Assembly: GCA_964247055.1 (NCBI GenBank)
Contig: OZ176054.1
Span: 12,338,001 to 12,402,000, forward strand
Source of the DNA: Paragordius varius
Taxonomy: Eukaryota > Animalia > Nematomorpha
Direction: 5' to 3'
Length of the DNA: 64,000 bases
Shown one piece after another: positions 42,362 to 53,589 of the stretch (position 1 is its first letter; each line of letters opens with the position of its first letter). The notes below the pieces were generated by a model that was not told the origin of the DNA, did no database searches, and worked only from the letters and a program-made list of their open reading frames with translations. Made by a program: the position numbers and the translations under genes.

Positions 42362-45173
42362 CATTAAAAATTGAAATTATATGGACAAAACGTAAAAATA
42401 TAAAGACAAATATTTTTTTCTAAAAGACCACCATACTTTTTAAATCTTAGACCCATGTTCGGGTAAGTATTACTTACGTCCTTATGCTTAAATCCTTCCT
42501 ACGTCCTTATGCTTACATTTTCGAATAAAAATCATACATTCATCATAAGTCTCTCCCAGTAGACTTAATAAAATTTCAAAGTGGCATAACTTTAATAATA
42601 TTGCGAATTTTTGAATTCTGTAAATTGGAGGATAGAAAGTAAAGTATATTTAACAAATAATATATAGGTTTGATTAATGTTGCTTCAATATTTTGGCATT
42701 AAAAGGGGTTTACACAACCCCTGTTAAAAAATAGATAAATCCTAAAACATGCATACAAAATCAAAAGTTTTTTAGAAGAAACAGGTGCGCATTTTATCCA
42801 AGTATTTAGATTTTTTTGAGTTATCAAAATTGAAATATTTTCCATACTTTGTGATATAAAAAAATCTACCCAGTTTTTGAATTTTTTAAATTGGAGGACA
42901 GAAAATCTGTATATATATAACAAATAATTTATGGGTTTTAGAAATTGCATCGATCTCTTACACATCTTAGTTAACTAAACCGCTTCAAAAAAGATATCTG
43001 GAACACACATGTGAAATCCAAAGTTTTAGAAGGTGTGCAAATGATTTAACTATATTTTTTAAATTTTGATGTCATGGCGATTGAAATATTCTGCGCACTT
43101 TTTTGCATTTTGAGGATGATATTTAAGAATCTACCCATTTTATTGGATATTATAAAATATTTACTATTAGATGTATAAAAATAATATTTATTGACAATAA
43201 ATATATGATATTTGGAATTTAATATATCGTTTTTTCGATCTTGAAAGCCTCTACAAATCATTCATATCCACAATGCACAGAAACGGAGGCTATAAAAATA
43301 TCCTGAAGAATCAAATATATTCTTAGAGAAAAGCATATTAGGAATATCATGGTGCTTTTGGTTTTAAGTCTAACTAATAATTTAGAGTTATATCCACTTT
43401 TTTGGTAATTGTTCCTTATCGAAAAGTTGCAAATTAGGTAAGTTTATTAATTTTTTTGGTGAGAGCTAAATGCCTCCCTTTTAAAAAATCATTATATTAT
43501 GACATGAACTATATTCGAAAACCAAAATGAAAATTATATTTTTAAGCGTAGGCTCCAAAGTTGCATTCGGACTTCTCCAAAATGGGCCAGTTTTTTTAAA
43601 AAGCCGATGCGCGATAACATTTTTCATATAAACTAGGAATTTGACAATATTATAGATTTTTTTCTTAAATTTTGGCAATTTTTATCATATTTTATGGTGC
43701 TTTAATATAAACAAAAACACCTTTTATATATAATGATGATTAACATTTCTATCACCTCAAAATTATGAATAGCTTTTGCTTTAAAGGGGAAATATTTAGG
43801 GGTCTAAAAATTTGTGACATTTGGAGCCTACGCTTAAAACTGTAAACTTCATTTTGGTTAAATATAGTTCATAATTTAATGATAATTTTAAAGGGAAGCA
43901 TTTAACTTTCACCATTTATAAATTTGCCTAATTTGCTACTTTTCGCTAAGAACAAAATACCACAAAATTGCATATAACTCTTAATTATTCTATTATAAAT
44001 CAAGAAATATCCAACCTGCAACTCAGAATACTAACTATCTATACTCCTCTTGATTTATATATAAGGAGATGGCGCCTTTTACCTAATTAATTTCAGAAAT
44101 CTTAATTATTCGTTAGACCTAAAACCAAAATCACTATGCTAATATGCAATATATTTGATATATTAGGACATTTTTTATAGCCTCCGATTTTGTGCGTTGT
44201 GATGAATGATTTTTAGATTGCAATATCGAAAAGACGATATGTTAAATTCCAAATATCATATATTTATTGTCAATAAATATAATTTTTATACACCTAATCT
44301 TTATAATATCCAATAAAATGCGTAGATTCTTCAATGCTTCATCCTCAAAATGCAAAAAGTGCGCAGTTATTTTAATCGCCATGAGTTCAAAATCTAAAAA
44401 ATGTTGTTAAATCATTTGCACACTTCTAAAAACTTTGGATTTTACATGTGTGTTCCAGATATATTTTTTGAAGCGGTTTAGTTAACTAAGATGTGTAAGA
44501 TCGATGCGATTTTTAAAACCTATAAATTATTTATATATATGGATTTTCTGTCCTCCAATTTAAAAAATTCAAGGGTAGATTTTTTTTATATCACGAAGTA
44601 TGCAAATATTTTTATTTTGATAACTCAAAAAAATCTAAAAAATATAGTTGGATAAAATGCGTACCTAATTAAAAAACTTTTGATTCTGCATGCATGTTTT
44701 AGGATTTATCTATTTTTTAACAGGGGTTGTGTAAACACCTTTTAATGATAAAAGATTGAAGCAACATTACTCAAACCTATATATTATTTGTTAAATATAC
44801 TTTACTTTCTATCCTCCAATTTACAGAATTAAAAAATTTGCAATATTATTAAAGTTATGCCACTTTGAAATTTTGATAAGTCTACGGGGAGAAACTTATG
44901 ATGAATGTATGATTTTTATTCGAAAAATGTAAGCATAAGGATTTAAGTATAAAAACGTAATAAATACCTACCCGAACATGGGTCTTAATATTTAAATTGA
45001 TAACTCATTATTTTATTATATAAAGTAGGAAATAAAGATGTAAATTGTTAACACAAGCAATTTATGTATTATACGATTGCATTAAATTATTTTAATAGGA
45101 TATATTAAGGTTTGAAAAAGTATCATTGTCTTTTGGAAAAAAATTGACTTTATATTTTTACGTTTTTTTACTG
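42362..45173. mobile_element. Tc1/mariner-type MITE (family A) split by a nested 2.5-kb insertion
   Basis: Left end TA|CATTAAAAATTGAAATTATATGGACAAAACG at 42,362 and right end ...TTTACTG|TA at 45,173. Removing 42,450-44,987 restores a sequence colinear with the intact copy at 45,678-45,956. Confidence 0.75.
42450..44984. mobile_element. 2.5-kb palindromic (foldback) non-autonomous DNA transposon, PIF/Harbinger-like
   Basis: TTA|GACCCATGTTCGGGTA...TACCCGAACATGGGTC|TTA gives a 3-bp TTA target duplication. The inverted arms (~42,450-43,560 and ~43,820-44,984) align over ~1.1 kb. No transposase ORF was seen. Confidence 0.8.
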
Positions 45174-45677
45174 TAAATAAGGTATCAAGCATTCCCCAAA
45201 GAAATGAGGTGATAATTTTTCAATGATTTTTTAAAAAAAGGCATTAAATTAAGTGCTATACCTTTTATTTTAATTAGGTTATAAAAAGAAAAACATATAA
45301 AAATTTCAGCGATTAAATAAAAAAACAAATTTTTCAGATTTATTTTATCAGTTTTGATTAGTGCATATGGTAGTAGATGATTTTCTAAAAAACATCATCA
45401 TGGTAGAGATTCAATAATTAAGAATTGATATATGATGGGCTAAATGCAAAAAAGGCAGTGATGTATGTAAAAAATTTCAATCCAATAATTTATAAAAAAA
45501 TATATAAAAAATTTATAAATAAATAAACTAAGTTTGATAAATGCATTATTATTTGAAGATGTTTAATTTATAAAAAATGACAATATTGGGGTTTTTGTTA
45601 TTGCATATGAATTTGTATAGATATTCAAAATGGTTGGTTTAAGTATAGAGAAGCGCACCTCTATGAGATAATATAGA

Positions 45678-45956
45678 CAGTAAAAATTCAAATTACACGG
45701 ACAAAAACGTAAAAATATAAAGACAAATATTTTTTACCTAAAAGACAACCCCATACTTTTTGAATCTTGATTTTTTAAAAATAACTCATTGTTTCAACTC
45801 CAAATAATAGATATGCATATTGGTAACACAATCAATTACATATTTTACGACTGTTAATAAATAATTTAATAGGAATTAAGGTTTGAAATGGTTTCCTTTT
45901 GAAAAAAATTGTCTTTATATTTTTACGTTTTGTCCGTATAATTTGAATTATTACTG
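45678..45956. mobile_element. MITE family A, intact copy (~279 bp)
   Basis: TIRs CAGTAAAAATTCAAATTACACGGACAAAAACGTAAAAATATAAAGACAA and TTGTCTTTATATTTTTACGTTTTGTCCGTATAATTTGAATTATTACTG, followed by TA. Related copies or half copies at ~41,240-41,450, ~50,630-50,690, ~50,965-51,210 and 55,037-55,322. Confidence 0.8.
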
Positions 45957-46301
45957 TAATTATAATCACAAAGTTTGAATATACGTTAAAATACTTTGAT
46001 CCAATATTATCCTATCTACATAAATATAGTGGTATTTGACTAACATTATATAGTAAATATTGAAATTATTAAGAACATATTTTTTTGAAACCTTGAAATT
46101 TTTAATATAACCTATCGTTACAAGTTACAAAAATAAGACATCAAAACTACAATTATATATTTTACAATGAATGTAATTAAGATAATTATATAAAAAATCA
46201 AGGTTAATAATAAATTATGGCTGTAAAAAGCTTAGTTTTAAGCAATCAAAAAAGAAAAGATAGTTTTGAGTGTGATATTATATGGTGATGATTACACGAG
46301 A

Positions 46302-46569
46302 TTACAACTCTTCACGCATATTCTTTTCATTGTTGACATCGTACATGGTATTGTACGTTCTTTGAATACTTTCACCACCCAAGCTGCCATCAATCCTCAT
46401 ATTTTCTTGTCGTCCGTATTTATTTTCGCCATGGCTACTCAATACCACAGAATCCTCAGTATCTGAGAAATAACCATCATCCCCTGTATAATGTGTCGGA
46501 TAAACTATCAAAGGATAAGCTGAAAAAGCTACTAAATCACGTTTGGGAAAAGCTTTTTTCCATTCGGGT
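46302..46569 (-). CDS. COLGALT1: COLGALT exon 14 (PEWKKAFPKRDL...MREEL*)
   Basis: Acceptor TAG|A; YPTHYTGDDGY motif; TAA stop at 46,302-46,304. Confidence 0.93.
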
Positions 46570-47460
46570 CTAGAGTCAAAAATAAGTTTTTGTTTTATTA
46601 AACAAGAGATTCATAGTTAGAATAAATGTTTCAATCGATAAATGTATTATTGTCATGTAAAACACAATTTAGGTAAATTTCGTTGTTTAGCATAAATACC
46701 ATTTTTAGTAAAGTAAGGTAGGTGTTTGGTTTTTTATAATATTGCAAAAAAAATTATGTTTTCTAGGGCTTTAGCATACAAAATATTTCTAATGGCCGCA
46801 AGAAATTATGAATAAAAATTTTACCTTTCTAAGTAAACATGATATTCTTAAATTTTTAAATAAATCTTTCTTAATGTCGGCAACTAAAGTATTAGTTTTC
46901 AAAGTCTTGAGTTAAAAATCTAACGAAATATACGCCGCCCCCCTAGCCATTTGAGCGCTTAAGTCGTTTATTAACACGGCTTTCTACATCGATAAAAAAA
47001 CTTATTAACTACCTTTTATATTTTATGTCCCTTATAATAAACTTTACTGTGCAGTAAGTTCATCATCAAAATACATTTTTATACACTAAAGTCTTCTTTA
47101 TACTTATTCTTTGTAGATGGAAATTGAATTTAAACATCCCTTAGTAAAGGAACCTCTTAAAATTTCCATCTTTACTACTGTATAAATTAATATCACAAAT
47201 CAAAATTTAGTCAGGACATTTTATAAATAACTTTTACTTTAACTTACTTCCCATATTTTAACACCTCTATTTTCATTAAACTTGACTCTATAACTCACAA
47301 AATAATTTCAAAATCTCAAAATCATAATTTATATTACTCAGACGCAGTCGAACATGATTAGTAAGTATTCATCCACAAGTAACTTTTTACCTATTCAATT
47401 AAGTTCTCGATAAAATTTAATTTTTACTTTCCATATGTTAACCTATTTATTTAAACTTAT

Positions 47461-47494
<34 letters not shown>

Positions 47495-48977
47495 ATAACA
47501 CCCTAAATTCACCGTTAAACAATTCAAATTCACCATTGAGCAATCCAATATCGCCCTTAAAATAAATTATGTGTTTTCGGGCTAATATAAATCATCATGA
47601 ATACAAAATATATTTTTATGGCATAGTCTATTATTTTTTCATTATTCTTTTAAACCAAATTTAAATTAAAAAAATGTAGTTATAATATTCCGAAAAACGT
47701 AAATTTTTATATGGTTGTTGGATTTAGATTGTTTAAGGGTCAATTTAAATTGTTAAGGGTTAAATTTGGATTGTTCAAGGGGTGAATTTGAGCTGATAAT
47801 GCTATATATCAATTCTTATCATTATAATAATTAAATTTACTCTGGATGCATGTCAAACATGATTGGTAAGTATTCATCCACAGGTACCATTTGACCAAGC
47901 GGGCAATTATTTTGGCCCTCCTTAAACCGTGCCATAGAACAGTAAGCTAGCTTACGAGCACCCGTGTTTGAAAGGGCATAACTCAATGTCCAATACGAAT
48001 AATCTGGCCATACGAGAATGTTGGAATCTTTAACATACTTTTCACGTTCGGGTGGGACTAATCGTTTACGGCCCAAATAACTATTAATATATAGTTATTT
48101 AGGAAAAAACTGTCGAAAGAATAAAAAAGGTAAAAATCAATAATAAAAAGTAAAAAAGGTATAAGCTTTTTTAAAGATAAACCATAAAAAGTATTATATA
48201 AAAATTTTACTAATAAAAGTAAAAAAGGTATAAGCATTTATATGTAAAATTAGGAAAAAACTGTTTAAAGAATAAATAAGGTAAAAATTTTACCAATACA
48301 AAGTTGAAAAAGGTATAAGCGTTCATAAAGAAAAACCATAAAAAAGTATGAAAACATTTCAAAAACCCATATTTTTAAATTTGTCTTGTTATCTATTATT
48401 TTAAATATAAAACCTATGTTTTACCAATTTACGTCAACTTTAGGTCATTAGTTATAAAAATAATTATAAAAATTAAAAATAAAAATCATGGTTAATTTAT
48501 AGTATAAAATTCAAAAATGCAAAGCCAAAGCATAGAAAACAAATATTTCTATATTTAAAAAATGTCATATTCCCTTATTACCCTTTATTAATTATTATTG
48601 TGAAACAACAATTTAAATAAACTATTTCTCAGTCAAAAGCAACATTTTTTTTTCAACCAAACGCAACATATTTCAAGCAAAAAAAACCGAAAAAATGTTG
48701 CGTTTGGTTTAATAAAAACAAAGTTTACAGAATAATGGTATATAATCCCAAATTATATTTCAAATCCTTATTACACCAACTTTAAAAAAAATATTTGTCC
48801 ATTTAAAACTTATTAATTCATTTTTTAGTATAACATTAAGTCGTTTACATTAAATCCCAATTGAAATTCATGCGTGCCGGTTCCTTAACTAATTCCGCGA
48901 CTCGATCTTTGAAATCGGGTTCAAATCGAATATCATCTTCAAAAATAAGGACTTTCTTGTAATCTTGTGCTAATACC

Positions 48978-49024
<47 letters not shown>

Positions 49025-52000
49025 GGCAGAATGAAATGTAGTTATATCAAATACCCTTAATTACCATTTACAAGTCAATTTCACCCTCATTTACAAATCA
49101 AATTTACCCTGAAAATAAGTTATGTGTTTTTATTAAGCTAATATAACTCATCATGGATATAAAATATTTATTTATAGCATAGTATATTATTTTTTTAATA
49201 TTATTAGTAATTTTAAACGAAGTTTTATTTTCAAAAATATAAAATTGGTAATATTTGATTTTCGAAAGACCTATAATTTATTTTAGGGTAAATATGAATT
49301 GTTCAAGGGTGAAATTAAATAATTTTACCTGTAAATGATATATTAAAAATTGTATGTATGAAATTAATAAGAACTAAAATATAAAAAGCTAAAATAAAAA
49401 TATAATGCAAAAATATACTTCTCTCCATATGAAAAAATGGCTTAAAAAACATCCAATTTCACCCATAGTTAAATTTCTCTTGTGATATGGATCTTTGTAC
49501 ACAGGTAACATACTGATATTATGAGTCTTGAGAAAACTTGCATTCAAATTCCTATTGAATAAAATATAAAAAGGCGGGTTATTTATATATATATATATAT
49601 ATATATAATCACTAGATATGTATATATATTGTAAACATTTTTGTAAAAAATAAGTAAAATCATAATATTAATTAGATGTACAATAAATTTTTTTACTATA
49701 CAGTTTAATTGAAGAGTGTTTTATATTTAGTTAAAATTATTTAGAATACGTTCCTCCTAGAATACCCCCTCTTTACAAAATTAAAAAGTTATAATAAAAA
49801 TAATTTTATCATTAATTTAAGTAATTCTGAAATGAAAAATGTCGGCAAAATATAGTATATAAAGGATAACAAGTTAAGTCTTTTAATTAAAATAAATATA
49901 GAAAATAAAGTTGAGTTTTAGTATTTTTAGCATACTGAACCTTTAACAATGGCAAATAAAAAAAACCGTAAACATAGAAAAAGATGAATGACTTTTTTAA
50001 TTAGTGTCACCACAATTAAGTTGAATAAATGTCATATATTATAAAGGTGACATTATTTTTCTAGTTTTAAACAAGAATGGTATGTTTTAGCGACTTCCCA
50101 TTATAAATTCAATAACCCCCTATATAAAATAAGAGGATGAGATTAAATTGGCTGGATATCTAAAAACTTAGTCTATAATACTTTACATGCTTAGGACTTT
50201 TACATATTTTCTTTTCAAATTTTACTGAAATATAAATATATATATATATATTAATATACCATTATTCGAATTCACTCTTGAACAATTCAAATTCACTCTT
50301 AAAGAAATTATATATTTTTTAAGATTAAAAATTACCTATATTTTATATATTTTTAAAAAATAAAATTTTGTTTTAAATTAAAATAATACTGAAAAATAAA
50401 CTATGCCCATAATTTATTTTTAGGTAGGGTGAATTTGAATTTTTCAAGGGTGAATTTAAACTGTAAATAGTATATATCTATATATATATATATACTTTCC
50501 ATCAACCCCTGTGACAACTTTAACATCTAAGCCCAATTCATCGAAACATTGTAACATACGGGTTCTCCTTTCAGGCCTTTTAGCCAAATTTATCATGTAA
50601 ATCTGTATGTGTAAATATATAAAATTTGATATTATACAGACAAAATGTAATAAATAAAGACAAATATTGTTAAAAGTCCGCTATACCTTATTATACATAT
50701 TTTATATACCATTTACAATTCATTAACACCCTCGAACGATTCAAATTCATACTAAAAATAAATTATTTGTTTTCGAACTAATACAACTCTATATTAATAT
50801 GAAATATATTTTATGGCATAGTTTATAATTTTTTAATATTATTTTAATTTAAAACATAATTTTATTTTTCAAAAATATAGGTAAATTTTAATCTTAAAAA
50901 AACATATAATTTATTTGAGGATGAATTTGAATTATTTAAGGGTAAATTTGAATTGTAAATGGTATATTATACAGAGAAAAATGTAATAAATAAAGACAAA
51001 TATTTTTTTCAGGAAACCACTATACACCTGATATTATATAGAAAACACTTTTCACCCTCAAAGTATAAGAATGTAAATTTGTAACGCAATAAATTAACTT
51101 TATGATTGTAATTAAATGATTTTTAGAGGATAAATTTAGATATAAAAAGTTTTTTTTAAAAAAAGGTGTTTTTATATCTTCCAGTGTTTTGTCCGTATAA
51201 CTTCAATTTTTATATAGTTTGTGGATATATTTGATGAATAGAAAACAATATATAATTATAAATTTAAATATGTTTGTAGATTTTATATATATCATTTACA
51301 ATTCATATTTAAGCTCGAACAATTCAAATTAATCCTAAGTAAATTATGTATTTTTTAGGATTAAAAATTACCTTTATTTAATATTATTTAAAAAAAATGA
51401 AATTCTGTTTAAAATTAATATGATGCTAAAAAATAAAAAACCATGTCATAAAAATATATTTCTTATTGATGATGAGTTATGTTTGCCCAAAAACACAATT
51501 TATTTTTAGGGTGAATTTGAATTATTTAAGGGTGAATTTGAATCGTAAATAGTATATTATTAAAACGAAATGAATATTAAAAAGTATAATCCAATTACAT
51601 TAACTAACCCCTAAAAATTTTACATTTCAAAGCTGAATAGGCTGACAACTCAGGTGAAATATATTTAATGGACTTAAATGCCTATTTTCATATGTTTTCA
51701 TGTTATTAGTTTTGAAAAATCCAAGTTTCAAAAATATTAATAGAAGAATAGCGGTCTTGTTTTAATCATTAAAATTAGATAACACAACCTTATTTTTAAA
51801 CAAAAAAGGAATATACCTTATCAAAGCCCATGGTAGATTTTGGTGGTTTTTCAATCGGACTAACATGCTTAGAATAATTAAGACCATTCCCATAATCATC
51901 TAATTCATATTTGAACATTTTAAAATATACTCTTTTTTGAAAATTTTGCAAAAACATTATATTATCATTCATCACTATAAAAATGTAAAAAAATTGTCCT

Positions 52001-53553
52001 AAAAAATACTTATTTCTCATATAATAAATATATAAAATGTTTACTAGGATAGATTTGATTTGCATAATTCGTATTAATATATGTATTTGAATTAAAAAAG
52101 ATCCATATTAACCAATTTTAACAGATATATTCGTAAAAAAGTTTTAAAATATGTTAAAATATAATTAATCAAGTTTAGCCCGGAAAAACTAAAAAAATTA
52201 TAATTTTATATTATAATTATAAAAAAATAGGGATTTTATACAAAAAACGTTACAAAATCTATTTTACATATAAGAATCTAAAAAGGTTAATTAACGGAAA
52301 ATCCACAAAAAAATTATTACTAAAATACCGCGTTTATAAAATAAAAAATTAAACATTACTTACTTAAAATTTCCAGTTTGAGTTTAGAAAAATGAGAATT
52401 CATATCCTTCAAATCTGCCTCCGAGCTCATTGGTTCCAACAAATATCCAAATGTTTCATTATTGCACACATACATGGGAATACCTGAGAAATATTTAAAG
52501 GTATCATTTTAGTAAGTAGTAAAACGAGAATTTTTTGTGTTAAAGTTGCTATTTACTGTAAAAGACGACTGTTTATTAATATACCATTAAAATACCCCTT
52601 TAACAATTCAAATTCACTTATGTGTTTTAGAACTAATATAACTCATTAGTAATATGAAATATATTTTTATGGCATTATTTATTATTTTTTCAGTATTATT
52701 TTAGTTTAAAACAAAATTTTACTTAAAAATGTAAAAAAATATAGATAATTTTTAATTTTAAAAAAAAACACATAATTTATTTGAGGGTGAATTTGAATTG
52801 TTTGAGTTTAAGTGTAAATTTGAATTCAAGGGTGATTGGATTGTAAATGGTATATATAAAAATTAAAACATTTTTTAAAATATATTAAATTTATTTAGTA
52901 AAACTAATATGATGTGGGCCAAAATACGGTATTATAGATATTTAACCACCCTTATCTAATATTAAGGATTGCATGAAAATGATTTTAAATTACAAATCTA
53001 AAACGCAGTATTTAGTTAAGTAAAAAACCTATGATTCAGATTTATACGCCAAAATGATATATTTTTGACCAATAATCCTAGGAATAAAAATACTAACAGA
53101 ATTACGTTTTATGTATATTAAAATCTTTGTCTATTCTAAATTATTAATACCCGATATGGTATTTTACTGTAAACTACAAATAACTAGTATTTAATTATTT
53201 CCCTAAAATATTTCTGCCAATTTCATCAAAATAATAATAGAAATCCATGGAAATTTTACTATAAAACACGAAAAAAAGAGAAAATTAGCCAACATCTGAG
53301 ATAAAAAAATTATGATATATATCTATGATGAATTTTATGTAAAACACAAAATAAAAATTGATCAACTTCTTAATAATAATTAGGATTAGCCATAGTTTCA
53401 CTTGATTTCAAAAAATTATGAGTTACTTGAATTCAAACTTTTTTAATCCTAAATTGCCATTTTAAAATAAAGGATTCCTATATTATGTTTTAATTTTATA
53501 ATTTGCTTTAAAAGACAATTAGGTTAAACGTCTACTTGACATTTCAAACCTTC

Positions 53554-53589
<36 letters not shown>

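Noticed and set aside
41218-43678. Short ORFs 41218..41415, 42699..42965, 43046..43261 and 43481..43678
   Set aside because: They lie in MITE or foldback sequence, have low-complexity AT-driven composition, and show no transposase or other recognisable motif.
46266-46466. Plus-strand ORFs 46266..46466 and 55358..55621
   Set aside because: Antisense shadows of COLGALT exons 14 and 6
47228-47290. Exon-like segment (TATAG|...ATATGGGAA|GTAAGT) in intron 13
   Set aside because: No COLGALT homology is needed between exons 13 and 14, and a similar sequence at ~47,420-47,450 indicates a local duplication.
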